64,000 bases of DNA. Origin: an uncultured bacterium (GTDB taxonomy: Bacteria > Verrucomicrobiota > Verrucomicrobiia > Limisphaerales > UBA8199). The stretch lies in NCBI GenBank assembly GCA_963749495.1, contig CAVVMW010000014.1:224001-288000 (forward strand). The letters run 5' to 3'. A program made the translations under genes and the position numbers. Shown piece by piece: positions 15,866 through 26,170 of this stretch (within the stretch, counting starts at the first letter, position 1; every line of letters begins with the position of its first letter). The notes beneath the pieces are model-generated. The model had not been told where the DNA came from, did no database searches, and saw nothing but the letters and a program-made list of their open reading frames with translations.

Positions 15866-16828
15866 ATGTGCCCGAAAATGACTCGCCGCTCGTTCGTCAA
15901 GACGACCCTGATCTCCACCGCCGGCCTGGCACTGGCGGCGGAAGGGACAGCACAGGATCAGACCCCGCCCGCGCCCGCCGCCGGGACGCTGCCCAAGGCC
16001 AGGCTCGGCAAACTGCAGGTCAGCCGGATGATCCTCGGCGGCAACCTGCTCACGCACTACACCCACAGCCGCGATTTGCAGTACGTCTATTCGCTGGCCG
16101 CTCACTACAACACCGACAAGAAGATCATGGAGACGCTGGCGCTGGCCGAGGCCAACGGGATCAACACCGTCTCGATGCACAACCCGGAGCACCCGATCTC
16201 GGTCCTGCGCCGCTACCGCAAGGAGCGCGGCGGCAAGATCCAGTGGATCATTTGCCCCACCGCCCCGGTCCAGGAGGACATGGGCGAATACCGCCGCCAC
16301 GTCGAGAGCCTGATCAAGGACGGTTGCGAGGCCATTTACCTTTGGGGCGTCCACTCGGATTCCCTGATTACCCAGGGCAAGATAGACCTCATCAACAAGG
16401 CCGTGGAGTTGCCCAAGGAATACGGGGTGCCCTCGGGCGTGGGCGGGCATTCGCTGGATGTGGTCAAGACCTGCGAGGCCAAAGGCATCAAGGCGGACTT
16501 TTACATCAAGACCTTCCATCACCATAATTATCCGTCGGCGCCCAAGCCGGAGCAGTTGGCCGGCCCTTACAACGAAGTGCCCGGCTACTGGTGCCGCAAC
16601 CCCAAGGAGACTGCTGAGTTCATGAAGACCGTGCAGAAACCGTGGTTCGCCTTCAAGGTGATGGCGGCCGGGGCCATCCCCCCCAGCAATGCCTTCCGCT
16701 ATGCCTTCCAAAACGGGGCCGATTGCATCCTCGTCGGCATGTTCGATTACGAGATAGCCGAGGACGTCAAGCTGGGTGTCGAGGCCCTGGACCGGGCCAA
16801 GAACCGCGAGCGGCCCTGGACGTGCTAA
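15866..16828 (+). CDS. Tat-exported aldo/keto-reductase-like TIM-barrel protein
   Basis: TRRSFVK Tat signal; LGKLQVSRMILGGN; AFKVMAAG..AFRYAF. Confidence 0.65.
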   Translation: MCPKMTRRSFVKTTLISTAGLALAAEGTAQDQTPPAPAAGTLPKARLGKLQVSRMILGGNLLTHYTHSRDLQYVYSLAAHYNTDKKIMETLALAEANGINTVSMHNPEHPISVLRRYRKERGGKIQWIICPTAPVQEDMGEYRRHVESLIKDGCEAIYLWGVHSDSLITQGKIDLINKAVELPKEYGVPSGVGGHSLDVVKTCEAKGIKADFYIKTFHHHNYPSAPKPEQLAGPYNEVPGYWCRNPKETAEFMKTVQKPWFAFKVMAAGAIPPSNAFRYAFQNGADCILVGMFDYEIAEDVKLGVEALDRAKNRERPWTC

Positions 16829-17031
16829 GAAAAGGCTAAAGGCTCGGAAGAAAGGCTAAAGGCTAAAGGCTAAAGGCTAAAGGGCGGCAGGGGGCACATC
16901 GCTTCGTCCCTTTCGTCCCTTGTGTCGCTTTTGTCCCTTTTGTCCCTCAAGCCGAGGCCTCGCCGCACACCACACCACCCTCCAGCCCCTTCCCCCCCGC
17001 CTTCGGCACTTTAGCCTTCAGCCTTCAGCCT

Positions 17032-17823
17032 TTAGCCTTTCTTCACGGTGGCCCGGGTTGCGCCGGTGGTGATGCCGCCGTCCACCAGCAGGGTCTGGCC
17101 GGTGATGTAAGCGCTGGCATCGGAGGCCAGGAACACCACGGCCCCATCCAAATCGAGGGGCTGCCCGGGGCGCTTGAGCGGGATGCGGTCGCAGATGTAC
17201 TGGACCCATTCCTTGTTTTCGTAGAGCACGGCGTTTTGCTGGGTCTTGAACCAGCCGGGGGCCAGGCAGTTGACCGTGATGCCATGGACGCCCCAATCGT
17301 CGGCCAGGCTCATGGTCAACTGCTTGACCCCGCCCCGGCTGGCGCAGTAGGGGGCCAGGCCGGCAAAGCCGAAGACGCTGGTGACCGAGCCGATATTGAT
17401 AATCCGTCCGTAATGGCGGGCGATCATGCCGGGCGCGACGGCCTGGGCCACGAAAAAGCTCCCGCGCAGGTTGGTGTCCAACACCAGGTTCCAATCGTCC
17501 CAGGTCACTTCGAGGGCCGGCTTGCGCACGTTGCAGCCGGCGTTGTTCACCAGGATATCGATCTTGCCGTAATGGGCGGCGGCGGCCCGAGCCATCTGCT
17601 GGATGCTCTGGTAGTCGCGCACGTCCAGCGGCAGGGGCAGGGCCTTTCGGCCCAGGGCCTGGACCTCGCGCTGGAAAGGCTCGAGCGTCTCGGGGTGGCG
17701 GCTGGTGATGACCAGGTCCGCCCCCGCCCGCGCCAACGCCCGGCCGAAGTACTGGCCCAGCCCGCGGCTGGTCCCGGTGACGATGGCCACTTTGCCGGTT
17801 AAATCGAAGAGGTTCGTGCTCAT
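17032..17823 (-). CDS. SDR oxidoreductase (gluconate 5-dehydrogenase-like)
   Basis: FDLTGKVAIVTGTSRGLG, NNAG, YCASR (YxxxK variant), VNCLAPGWF. Confidence 0.9.
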   Translation of the reverse strand: MSTNLFDLTGKVAIVTGTSRGLGQYFGRALARAGADLVITSRHPETLEPFQREVQALGRKALPLPLDVRDYQSIQQMARAAAAHYGKIDILVNNAGCNVRKPALEVTWDDWNLVLDTNLRGSFFVAQAVAPGMIARHYGRIINIGSVTSVFGFAGLAPYCASRGGVKQLTMSLADDWGVHGITVNCLAPGWFKTQQNAVLYENKEWVQYICDRIPLKRPGQPLDLDGAVVFLASDASAYITGQTLLVDGGITTGATRATVKKG

Positions 17824-17888
17824 GTTGAGGGTCGAGGGTCGAGGGTCGAGGGTCGAGGGTCGAGGGGTTTGAAATCGTGCCTGCGCGC

Positions 17889-17968
17889 GATGAACCGGAC
17901 GGGCGCCGACAGGCGCGCAGCGTTTTGGACTGCGGCAGTCCAAAACCTTCGGACTTGGCGCCGGTTCA
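17889..17968. mobile_element. Small MITE-like unit with ATGAACCG/CGGTTCAT ends (related unit ~49210-49360)
   Basis: Terminal inverted repeat; core TTGGACTGCGGCAGTCC..CCTTCGGACTTGG shared with the 49.3 kb element. Confidence 0.55.
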
Positions 17969-19084
17969 TAATAGGTGTCGAGTGTCGGGTGTCGAGGGGC
18001 GGCCGTTTTTGTTTCCCTCGCCCCTCGCCCCTCGCCCCTCGCCTCCTGCGCCGGGCGGCACCAGGACGACTTTGAAAAGGCCCGGTTCATTGCGATAGAG
18101 GCGGTCAAACCAGGCCAGCCCTTCCTGGAGCGGCGCCACGGCGCTCAACAGCGGGCCGACGCGGAGCGCGCCGCGGGCGATGGCGTCCAGACAGGCCGGG
18201 TATTCGCCGCAGGAGGCGCACGAACCCAGGAGGCTCAACTCGCGCGTGACCGCCGCCTGCAGCGGCAGTTCCACTTTGGGCGAGAGATTGCCCACCAGCG
18301 TGACGGAACCGCCTTTGCGCGCGGCGCGCACCGCCAGGTCCACGCTCTGGCTCAAGCCAACGGCCTCGAAGACTGCGTTTGCCCCCAGGCCGCCGGTGCG
18401 CGTGAGCACCTCCGCCAGGGCATCGCTCGCCCCGGCCTGGATGGCATCCGTGGCGCCCAACTTGCGCGCCAGGTCGAGCTTCTCCTGGGCCAGGTCCACC
18501 GCAACGATCTTTGCGCAGCCGGCCAGCCTGAGCGCCTGGATGACGAACAGCCCGATCATCCCTGCGCCCACCACAACCGCAGTGTCGCCCAGCGCCAGCG
18601 GCGCGCGGCCGACCGCGTGAAAGGCGATGGACACCGGCTCGACCATGGCGGCGTGCTCGAAAGAGAGGCCCTCGGGCAGGCGGTAGAGGACTCGCTGCGG
18701 CACCGCCACCAACTCGGCAAAGGCGCCGTGCTGGCGGTAGTCTTCGCAGGAAACGCCCAGGACGCGCCGATGGTCGCAGAGATTGATCCGGCCCGCGCGG
18801 CAAAAGGCGCATTGGCCGCAATAGACCGTCGAATCGAAGGTCACGCGGTCGCCCGGTTTCCAGTCCGTGACGCCGTTGCCGGTCCGGCAGATCACACCCG
18901 CCGCCTCGTGCCCCATGATGATGGGCGGACGCCGCCGGCCGGTGCTGCCGTCCATGCCGTGGACGTCGCTGCCGCAGATGCCGCAAGCCCGGACGGCGAC
19001 CAGGACCTCGCCGGGTCCGGCCTGCGGCTCTGGCACGTCTTCCAAGACCAATCGATTGTACTCTTTCAGGACCAGCGCTTTCAT
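17966..19084 (-). CDS. Zn-dependent alcohol/polyol dehydrogenase
   Basis: CGICGSD, GHE, CGQCAFC..C, GAGMIG; C-terminus reads through heptamer repeats. Confidence 0.92.
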   Translation of the reverse strand: MKALVLKEYNRLVLEDVPEPQAGPGEVLVAVRACGICGSDVHGMDGSTGRRRPPIIMGHEAAGVICRTGNGVTDWKPGDRVTFDSTVYCGQCAFCRAGRINLCDHRRVLGVSCEDYRQHGAFAELVAVPQRVLYRLPEGLSFEHAAMVEPVSIAFHAVGRAPLALGDTAVVVGAGMIGLFVIQALRLAGCAKIVAVDLAQEKLDLARKLGATDAIQAGASDALAEVLTRTGGLGANAVFEAVGLSQSVDLAVRAARKGGSVTLVGNLSPKVELPLQAAVTRELSLLGSCASCGEYPACLDAIARGALRVGPLLSAVAPLQEGLAWFDRLYRNEPGLFKVVLVPPGAGGEGRGARGEGNKNGRPSTPDTRHLL

Positions 19085-19342
19085 GGCAATCGCTTCGGCT
19101 CTTCCGGCCACATCGCCACACCCTAATGTGGCCGCTCTGAAATGGCGATACCTTTCGTCCATCGATCCCGGAGTGCGCCCGTCCCCGGGCGCAGCAGCGA
19201 CGGAGCGGGCAGGCGCGCCGGAGTGCCAGACCGCTGCCCTGGCTGCGGACGTCGCTGCGCCCGAGGACGGGCGCACTCCCATCTGCACCACGCTCTTGAA
19301 TGACGAGGCCTTTTCTGGCTGAATGGCCGTGGTTATGAACCA

Positions 19343-20302
19343 ATGAAAGCGAGAACTGAAATCATGAAAACTACAACAATGTCACGCCGGTATTTTCTCG
19401 GCGCTATCGGAACTGCTGCCGCCGGCTTGGGCACAGCAAGACTCCTCGGAGGCCAACTCCCCAAAGACAACATCCGCCTCGGCATGATGCTCCAAGGCGG
19501 TTCGGCCGCCGAGTTGCAGGCCAAAGCCAGGGGCATTGCCGCCGCCGGATTCGAGATCGTGCAGGTGACGTTTTTCTTCCAGCCGACTGCGGAGGAACTC
19601 CAATCGCTTGCCCGCGCGCTCAAAGACCTGAAGCTCAAAACGGTCGCCTTCGGCACCTACTTCAACCTGTTCCGACCCGACGACACCTCCTTCATGGGAG
19701 CGAGCCAAACCGCGATGAAACGGGTCGCCGCGCACGCGGCGCTGTTCGATTGCACGCAGTTCGTCACCTGGAGCGGGAGCTACTCGGCGCAGTTTGCCGG
19801 CGTCGAAGCGCGCAACCACACGCCCGAGGCCGTCTCGCGACTGCACCGCGCCATCCGCGAGGTCGTCCTGCCCATCCTCGAACCCATTGGCGGCCGCGTC
19901 GCTTTCGAGCCTTACTTCCCGCACGTCCTCGGCACGGTGGAACTGGGGAGCGAAGTGCTGGCGCCCTTTCCCGCCAGCCAGGTCGGGCTGCTGCTCGACC
20001 CGCCCAACTTCATCACCCCGGCGCTCTATCCGAAACGCGATGAAGAGATGCGCCGGCTCTTCCGCGAATTGGGCGACCGTATCCACCTCGTCCACCTCAA
20101 AGACATGAAGCTGGGCGCCGCCGGCCAGAGCGTCGACTTGCCCGGCCCCGGCGGCGGCGAGATGAACTACCCGCTGCTCATTTCCCAAATCCGCAAGCTC
20201 AACCGTCCCCTGCCCTGCATCATCGAGCACATCCAGGCCGAACCAGCCGAGATGGCCAAGACCAAGTCGTGGGTCGAGCAGCAACTGCGACAGAACCCAT
20301 GA
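19343..20302 (+). CDS. Tat-exported sugar phosphate isomerase/epimerase TIM barrel
   Basis: SRRYFLG signal; VAFEP, LLDPPN, HLKD, IIEH metal ligands; start may be 19364. Confidence 0.85.
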   Translation: MKARTEIMKTTTMSRRYFLGAIGTAAAGLGTARLLGGQLPKDNIRLGMMLQGGSAAELQAKARGIAAAGFEIVQVTFFFQPTAEELQSLARALKDLKLKTVAFGTYFNLFRPDDTSFMGASQTAMKRVAAHAALFDCTQFVTWSGSYSAQFAGVEARNHTPEAVSRLHRAIREVVLPILEPIGGRVAFEPYFPHVLGTVELGSEVLAPFPASQVGLLLDPPNFITPALYPKRDEEMRRLFRELGDRIHLVHLKDMKLGAAGQSVDLPGPGGGEMNYPLLISQIRKLNRPLPCIIEHIQAEPAEMAKTKSWVEQQLRQNP

Positions 20303-21819
20303 AACGAAGGACGTTCCTACAAGAGACAGCATTGGGCGCAGTGGGTCTGGCCGCCTCGAGCCCGGCGCTCCTGCGAGGCGCCCAAGAAGCGATTGCGCCC
20401 GGCACAGAGAGCCGGCCGGGATACAAGTATCGGATCGCTTTCGGCGCCTGGATTAACGACATGCGCGCCACGCCGCTGCCCCTGGAGAACTGGCCCGCGC
20501 CTCAATTCGACAACGTGGCCGTCGAGAGCGCCATCCAGGCAATGGACGTGCAGGGACCGGCGGGCTTCAACCTGCTCGATGTGTGGGGGCTGTTTGCCAC
20601 GTATGGGTGGCCGGCCGACATCGTCAGCGCGGTGGACCCGGAGCGCAGACAGCGGATCGAGCGGTTGATTCAAGCGGTCAAGGTGCGCGGCATGAGAATC
20701 GCCCTGGGCCTGGGCACCTATAGCTGGGGCTACGACAAGATCATCGCCGCCGATCCCGAGGTCCGAGGCCGGAACGCGGACGGCACCCCGCACGCCCACG
20801 CCATGTGCGACGCCCATCCGCGCGCCTTTGAATATGTCCGCAAGATCCTCGATTTCACCCTGGGCAATTTCGACTTCGGCGCGGTCCACCTGGAGTCGTG
20901 CGATTTGGGTTGCTGCATGTGCCCGCAATGCGCCGGCAGGGATGGAGTCGTGGCCTACAATGTCCGCATCAACCAGAAGACCGCTGACTACATCAAGCAA
21001 AAGTGGCCGGACAAGACGGTCTATGTCATCACGATCAACTGGGCGCCGGCCGGCAAAAACTTCAGCACGGCGCAGAAGGCCAAGGTCATCGAGTTGAGCC
21101 GGCATGTGGACTGCATCTTCGACCAAGGCCACACCGGGTACCACATCGCTCCAGCCGAGCGGCGGGAGTTCATCCAAGGTCTGCACTGCGACTACGGCAC
21201 CTCCGGCGATCTTTGGCTGTATCCGGACACCCGTTGGGACCGGGAATCGTACTTTCTCCCCTACCCCACGCGCAGCGCGGAGGCGATTCGCCGGCAATTC
21301 CAGGACGGCGTGCGAGGCTGCATGTTCTACCAGGGGCCGGTGAGCAACCCGGGCCAGGAGTTGATGATGGCCATTGGGGGCCGGCTGCTGCGAGACCCCA
21401 ACCGAACGGCCGATGAAGTGCTGGAGGAGGTGCTGATGAAGTACTACCAGCCGAAGAATGCCGAGGCAGTTGCCGGACTGAAACGCGTGGTTCAGACCGC
21501 CGAGGAGTCCTACTTCAGCGGGTGGTCCGCCGACCGGTTCCAGAAAGGCTGGGGCACGCCGTTGCCGGGCGAGTTCAAGCTGGATCAACGCCTGTTTGGC
21601 ACCAGCCCTGGACCGGCCACGTATTTGAAGGAGCCGTGCCTGGGTGCAGCCGGGCGAAAGGAATACCGGAAGGGGCTCAAGTCCATCCTGGCCGAGTTGC
21701 CGCGCCTGGAGGGCCACTGCGAGGACGGCGGCCGCCTGGCACGAATCCACCGCAGCGCCATCATTACCCTGAACCTCCTCAACACCGTGTGTTACTGCCT
21801 GGGAGAAGCAATCGACTGA
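20299..21819 (+). CDS. Tat-exported uncharacterised protein, possibly glycoside-hydrolase-like
   Basis: MKRRTFL signal; ATGA overlap with the upstream stop; LESCDLGCCMCPQC motif. Confidence 0.6.
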   Translation: MKRRTFLQETALGAVGLAASSPALLRGAQEAIAPGTESRPGYKYRIAFGAWINDMRATPLPLENWPAPQFDNVAVESAIQAMDVQGPAGFNLLDVWGLFATYGWPADIVSAVDPERRQRIERLIQAVKVRGMRIALGLGTYSWGYDKIIAADPEVRGRNADGTPHAHAMCDAHPRAFEYVRKILDFTLGNFDFGAVHLESCDLGCCMCPQCAGRDGVVAYNVRINQKTADYIKQKWPDKTVYVITINWAPAGKNFSTAQKAKVIELSRHVDCIFDQGHTGYHIAPAERREFIQGLHCDYGTSGDLWLYPDTRWDRESYFLPYPTRSAEAIRRQFQDGVRGCMFYQGPVSNPGQELMMAIGGRLLRDPNRTADEVLEEVLMKYYQPKNAEAVAGLKRVVQTAEESYFSGWSADRFQKGWGTPLPGEFKLDQRLFGTSPGPATYLKEPCLGAAGRKEYRKGLKSILAELPRLEGHCEDGGRLARIHRSAIITLNLLNTVCYCLGEAID

Positions 21820-21991
21820 GGCTAAGAGCGGGTTGCAGAATCAACCGCAAAGAGCACAAAGAACGCAAAAACTGAGGGAATTGAGGCGTTTCTTTGTGCT
21901 CTCTGCGTTCTTTGCGGTTGATTTTGCCACCGGCTCTAAGAAACCTTGAGAACCGCGGAACACGCGGAACACGCGGAAAGGCCAGTCGGAT

Positions 21992-22043
21992 AGCCGCGAA
22001 AAGGCGCCTATGCCGCTCCCGGCATAGGCGCCTTTTCGCGGCT
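21992..22043. repeat. Perfect 24-bp inverted repeat with a 4-nt loop
   Basis: AGCCGCGAAAAGGCGCCTATGCCG-CTCC-CGGCATAGGCGCCTTTTCGCGGCT. Confidence 0.9.
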
Positions 22044-22057
22044 GAACTGCTCCTTTA

Positions 22058-22215
22058 GGCGGTGGAAATAAATAAAGGTGGCAAGAAGCCGCCGGGATTT
22101 TGGCGCCCAGCGAGGCGTGAACGAGGCGCATATCCAGTGATCTGCAACGAGTGAACAACGAAGCTGGGCGGCAAAAGAACAAGGCAGGTTGCTACCTTTA
22201 TTTATTTCCACCGCC
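22058..22215. mobile_element. 158-bp MITE with 27-bp TIRs and TTA flanks
   Basis: TIR GGCGGTGGAAATAAATAAAGGT(G/A)GCAA with 1 mismatch; TTA at 22055-57 and 22216-18. Confidence 0.8.
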
Positions 22216-22341
22216 TTAGTCCGTAGTCCGCTTAAGGGCTGGCCGCTGCCGTGTGCAGAGGCGCAGGTGCAATTGCCGCCCGTTTCCATGAAATGGGCGG
22301 CAGCCCGCTGAACCGGACGTTTTTCACTCGGCGCGGCGCGA

Positions 22342-25095
22342 ATGCACGGTATATTCGGCGGCGTGTCGCACGCATTGGCATTATCACCAGCCGGGCATTT
22401 GTTCGTCGAACCCGACGATCAGGCGGAGCCAAAACTCAGCCAGGCATCCACAGCACGGCTCGACGAGGCTTTTGCCGCCTCAACAGCTCGTGGTCTGGAA
22501 ACGCTGGCGTCGGAGTTCCTGCACGAACCGCTGCCGCCAACATTTGTATTCTGGCGCGGGTTCGCGCAGCGGCTTTTCACCGCGCTGTGCCACAATCCGA
22601 AGCTCGATAATGCGCCCAATATAGTAATCTTAAAGCTTGCGGAAACGGAATTGGCCGCGCTGGCGGAATCGGCGCCGCCGATGAAGGGCCTCGAATACTT
22701 GAATGGCGCCGCGTTGGCCCGGTTGTGGGATGAGTTGGACGCTCACGTTCACGCTGCCATTGCCCGAACTCCCGGCGGTGCCGTGGCCTATCTCAAAAGC
22801 TGCAATCCACTCTGGAACGCGGTCGGACGCGTGACATTCCATCTGGCGGAAAACAAGCGCAATCCGGCTCATCCCTTCGCGTTTCTTGCCACCTACACGA
22901 ATCGGGTTTCCGAGCAAGGGAAGGTGCAGCATCTGCCGTTGGGACGGGCCTTGGAGGAATACGCCGGGGCCCAAAACCGGCCGGCGCTGGCGGCCTTGCT
23001 CTTGCCGGTCCAACGCGCGTCCGAACAGAGCAAAGTCGTCCGGCAACTATTGGATTCTCGCGCCATTTTTCATCCGCAACTTTGGCGGCCGGGACAGGCA
23101 TTCGCCTTTTTGAAGGAGATTCCACTCTTCGAGCAAAGCGGTTTGGTCGTTCGCATTCCCGATTGGTGGAAGGCGGGCCATCCGCCCCGTCCGCAAGTTA
23201 CCGTGCGGATCGGCGAAGCCAAGGGGAATCTCGTTGGCAAGGACAGCCTGCTGGATTTCCAGGTGCAACTGTCGCTTGAAGGCGAACCGCTGACGGAATC
23301 GGAACTGAAGGCCATTCTGCAATCCACCAGCGGTCTGACGTTGCTCAAGGGCAAATGGGTCGAAGTGGACAAGGACAAACTCCAGCAAGTCCTCGATCAC
23401 TGGAAGAAAGTTCAATCCACCACCGGGCCGGATGGCTTGCCGTTGCTACAGGGACTGCGGCTCTTGTCGGGTTTTCAACCCGGCCAAGCGGTCGAGGCGG
23501 AAGCCGAGGCGGCGCGCGCTGACTGGTCAAGTGTGGTCGCGGGCGAGGGGCTGAAAAAACTCCTCGACGAAATGCAGCGACCAGAAGTTTCCGCCGAGTC
23601 CGACCCTGGACAAGATTTGCAGGCGCAGTTGCGTCCGTATCAACGTCAAGGCGCGCATTGGCTCTGGTTCATGAACAAACTCGGTCTTGGCGCGTGTCTG
23701 GCCGACGACATGGGCTTGGGCAAAACCATTCAAGTCATCTCACTGCTGTTGACACTCAGGCGCGCACGGGCTGCGTCGGCATCTGCCGGTGTCAGCCCTC
23801 CAGGCTTGCTGATTGTGCCCGCTTCGCTCATCGCCAATTGGAAAGCCGAAATCCAGAGGTTTGCGCCGTCACTGTCAGTTTTCTATGCTCATCCGGCCGA
23901 GACCGCCAATGAAGAGCTCGCCGTGGTGGCCAAGAATCCGGCCTCGGCATTGGCGGGCCGCGACCTTGTCATTACCAGCTACTCGATGGCGGTTCGTCTG
24001 GCCTGGCTCAAGGAAGCACTGTGGAACGTCGTTGTTCTTGACGAAGCTCAGGCCATTAAAAATGCGGGCGCCCGTCAGAGCCGGGCGGTCAAGGAACTGC
24101 GTTGCCGCCACCGCATCGCGCTCAGCGGCACGCCCATTGAAAACCGCCTCTCGGACCTCTGGTCGCTCTTCGATTTTCTTTGCCCCGGTCTGCTGGGCGG
24201 CGCCAAGGAGTTCGCGGCCTTCGTCAAAAGCCAGTCGCAGGAAGATCAGAACCGATTTGCCCCGCTGCGCCGGCTGGTGCGACCCTACATTTTGCGCCGA
24301 CTGAAAACTGACAAGCGCATCATCAGCGATTTGCCGGACAAAATCGAGATGACCGCCTTCTGTCCGCTGACTCGCCGCCAAGCCGCGCTCTATCAGCAAT
24401 CGGTGAATGAATTGGCCGAGCGGCTCGATGCGCCGGAGGTCGAAGGCATCCAGCGCCGGGGCGTGATTCTGGCGTTCCTCACGCGGTTCAAGCAAATCTG
24501 CAACCACCCCTCCCAATGGCTCGGCGATGGAACCTACTCTCCGGCGGACAGCGGCAAATTCCATCGCCTGCGCGAATTGTGCGAGGAAATCGCCTCCAAG
24601 CAGGAGAAAGTTCTGGTATTTACCCAATACCGCGAGGTCACGGACCCGTTGGCGCGGTATTTGGAATCCGTCTTCGGCCAATCCGGTGTGGTTCTCCACG
24701 GCGGAACACCAGTCAAAAAACGCAAGGCATTGGTGGATGCCTTTCAACGCGACGGCGGCCCGCCCTTTTTTGTCCTCTCGCTCAAAGCCGGGGGCATCGG
24801 CCTCAATCTCACCGCCGCCTCGCACGTGATTCATTTCGACCGTTGGTGGAATCCAGCCGTCGAAAACCAAGCCACGGATCGCGCCTTCCGCATCGGTCAA
24901 AAGCACAACGTCATGGTCCACAAATTCACCTGCCGGGGCACCCTCGAAGAACGCATCCATGACATCATCGCCGGCAAGAGCGCGTTGGCCGAGGACATTT
25001 TAGGCGAAGGCGCTGAACGATTGTTGACTGAAATGAACAATTTGGAGTTGCTTCGTTTTGTGGCGCTGGATATAAAAGCCGCCGCCGAAGATTGA
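22342..25095 (+). CDS. SNF2-family helicase
   Basis: LRPYQ, LADDMGLGKT, DEAQ, SGTPIEN, HFDRWWNPAVENQATDRAFRIGQ. Confidence 0.95.
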   Translation: MHGIFGGVSHALALSPAGHLFVEPDDQAEPKLSQASTARLDEAFAASTARGLETLASEFLHEPLPPTFVFWRGFAQRLFTALCHNPKLDNAPNIVILKLAETELAALAESAPPMKGLEYLNGAALARLWDELDAHVHAAIARTPGGAVAYLKSCNPLWNAVGRVTFHLAENKRNPAHPFAFLATYTNRVSEQGKVQHLPLGRALEEYAGAQNRPALAALLLPVQRASEQSKVVRQLLDSRAIFHPQLWRPGQAFAFLKEIPLFEQSGLVVRIPDWWKAGHPPRPQVTVRIGEAKGNLVGKDSLLDFQVQLSLEGEPLTESELKAILQSTSGLTLLKGKWVEVDKDKLQQVLDHWKKVQSTTGPDGLPLLQGLRLLSGFQPGQAVEAEAEAARADWSSVVAGEGLKKLLDEMQRPEVSAESDPGQDLQAQLRPYQRQGAHWLWFMNKLGLGACLADDMGLGKTIQVISLLLTLRRARAASASAGVSPPGLLIVPASLIANWKAEIQRFAPSLSVFYAHPAETANEELAVVAKNPASALAGRDLVITSYSMAVRLAWLKEALWNVVVLDEAQAIKNAGARQSRAVKELRCRHRIALSGTPIENRLSDLWSLFDFLCPGLLGGAKEFAAFVKSQSQEDQNRFAPLRRLVRPYILRRLKTDKRIISDLPDKIEMTAFCPLTRRQAALYQQSVNELAERLDAPEVEGIQRRGVILAFLTRFKQICNHPSQWLGDGTYSPADSGKFHRLRELCEEIASKQEKVLVFTQYREVTDPLARYLESVFGQSGVVLHGGTPVKKRKALVDAFQRDGGPPFFVLSLKAGGIGLNLTAASHVIHFDRWWNPAVENQATDRAFRIGQKHNVMVHKFTCRGTLEERIHDIIAGKSALAEDILGEGAERLLTEMNNLELLRFVALDIKAAAED

Positions 25096-25135
25096 AGTTT
25101 TGGCGAACGTTTATGACCCTTTTCCAGGAGAGAAT

Positions 25136-26170
25136 ATGAGTTGGAGCTTTGAATGGCGGCCCTACGTGCCGGTGGCGGAACGCCGCGCCCGGGCCGCCCG
25201 CGAATTGGCAAAGCTGGCCAAAAAGAACGGCCAGGCCGCGTCGCCCGTCTTGTTGGAAGGCCGCAACATCGCCAGTACCTTCTGGGGCAGAGCATGGTGC
25301 GACAATTTGGAGGCCTACAGCGATTATGCCAACCGCTTGCCCCGTGGCCGCACCTATGTTCGCAACGGCTCGGTTGTCGATCTCCAAATCAGCCGGGGGA
25401 ACGTGGTTGCCCGCGTTTCAGGATCGAGCCTTTACAAGATCCAAATCAAAATCAAGCCGTTGGCGGCGAGTCTCTGGAAATCCATCCAAACCGAGTGCGC
25501 CGGCAAAATTGATTCCCTCATTGAATTGCTCGAAGGCAAGCTCTCCTCAGCGGTCATGCAAATTGTGACCCGGCCCGAACGGGGACTTTTCCCGACACCC
25601 AAAGAAATCGACTTGGATTGTTCATGTCCTGACTGGGCCGATCTGTGCAAGCATGTCGCCGCATCACTTTATGGCGTCGGCGCGCGACTGGATCAACGTC
25701 CCGAGCTGCTCTTTCTCCTGCGCGGCGTGGACCCGGCGGACCTTATCAGCAAGGCGTCCGCTGCCGAAACCGTGCGCCAGTCCGCCCGTGCGGAAGGCGC
25801 GGCTGCTATGAGCGAAACTGAGATCGCGGATGTCTTCGGCATCGAACTGGCCGCCGCCACGCCTGCCCCAGACCAGACCAACCGATCAGCCCCGGAACCG
25901 GCGGCTATTCCGAACCAGCCAGTCGTTGCGGCGCCGGCGCGAGAGCCAGAGCCCAAACCGCAGAAGAGGGCGAGGCAAAATGTGGGCCGCGCTGCCAGAG
26001 CGAAGCTTCTGGAAATCGCGCGGGCGAGGTGGGCGAAAGCGAAAGAAAAAGCGGGTCGTGACAGTCCGCCCCGCCGAAAATTGACCGCCGCCGCCAGGGC
26101 CAGAATGGCTGCGGCGATGAAAGCCCGATGGGCCGCAGCCAGAACGCACGCACGATCTTCATCACAATAA
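25136..26170 (+). CDS. SWIM zinc-finger protein with a basic C-terminal tail
   Basis: AGGAG RBS; NRLPRGRTYVRNG; CSCPD..CKH SWIM motif. Confidence 0.9.
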   Translation: MSWSFEWRPYVPVAERRARAARELAKLAKKNGQAASPVLLEGRNIASTFWGRAWCDNLEAYSDYANRLPRGRTYVRNGSVVDLQISRGNVVARVSGSSLYKIQIKIKPLAASLWKSIQTECAGKIDSLIELLEGKLSSAVMQIVTRPERGLFPTPKEIDLDCSCPDWADLCKHVAASLYGVGARLDQRPELLFLLRGVDPADLISKASAAETVRQSARAEGAAAMSETEIADVFGIELAAATPAPDQTNRSAPEPAAIPNQPVVAAPAREPEPKPQKRARQNVGRAARAKLLEIARARWAKAKEKAGRDSPPRRKLTAAARARMAAAMKARWAAARTHARSSSQ

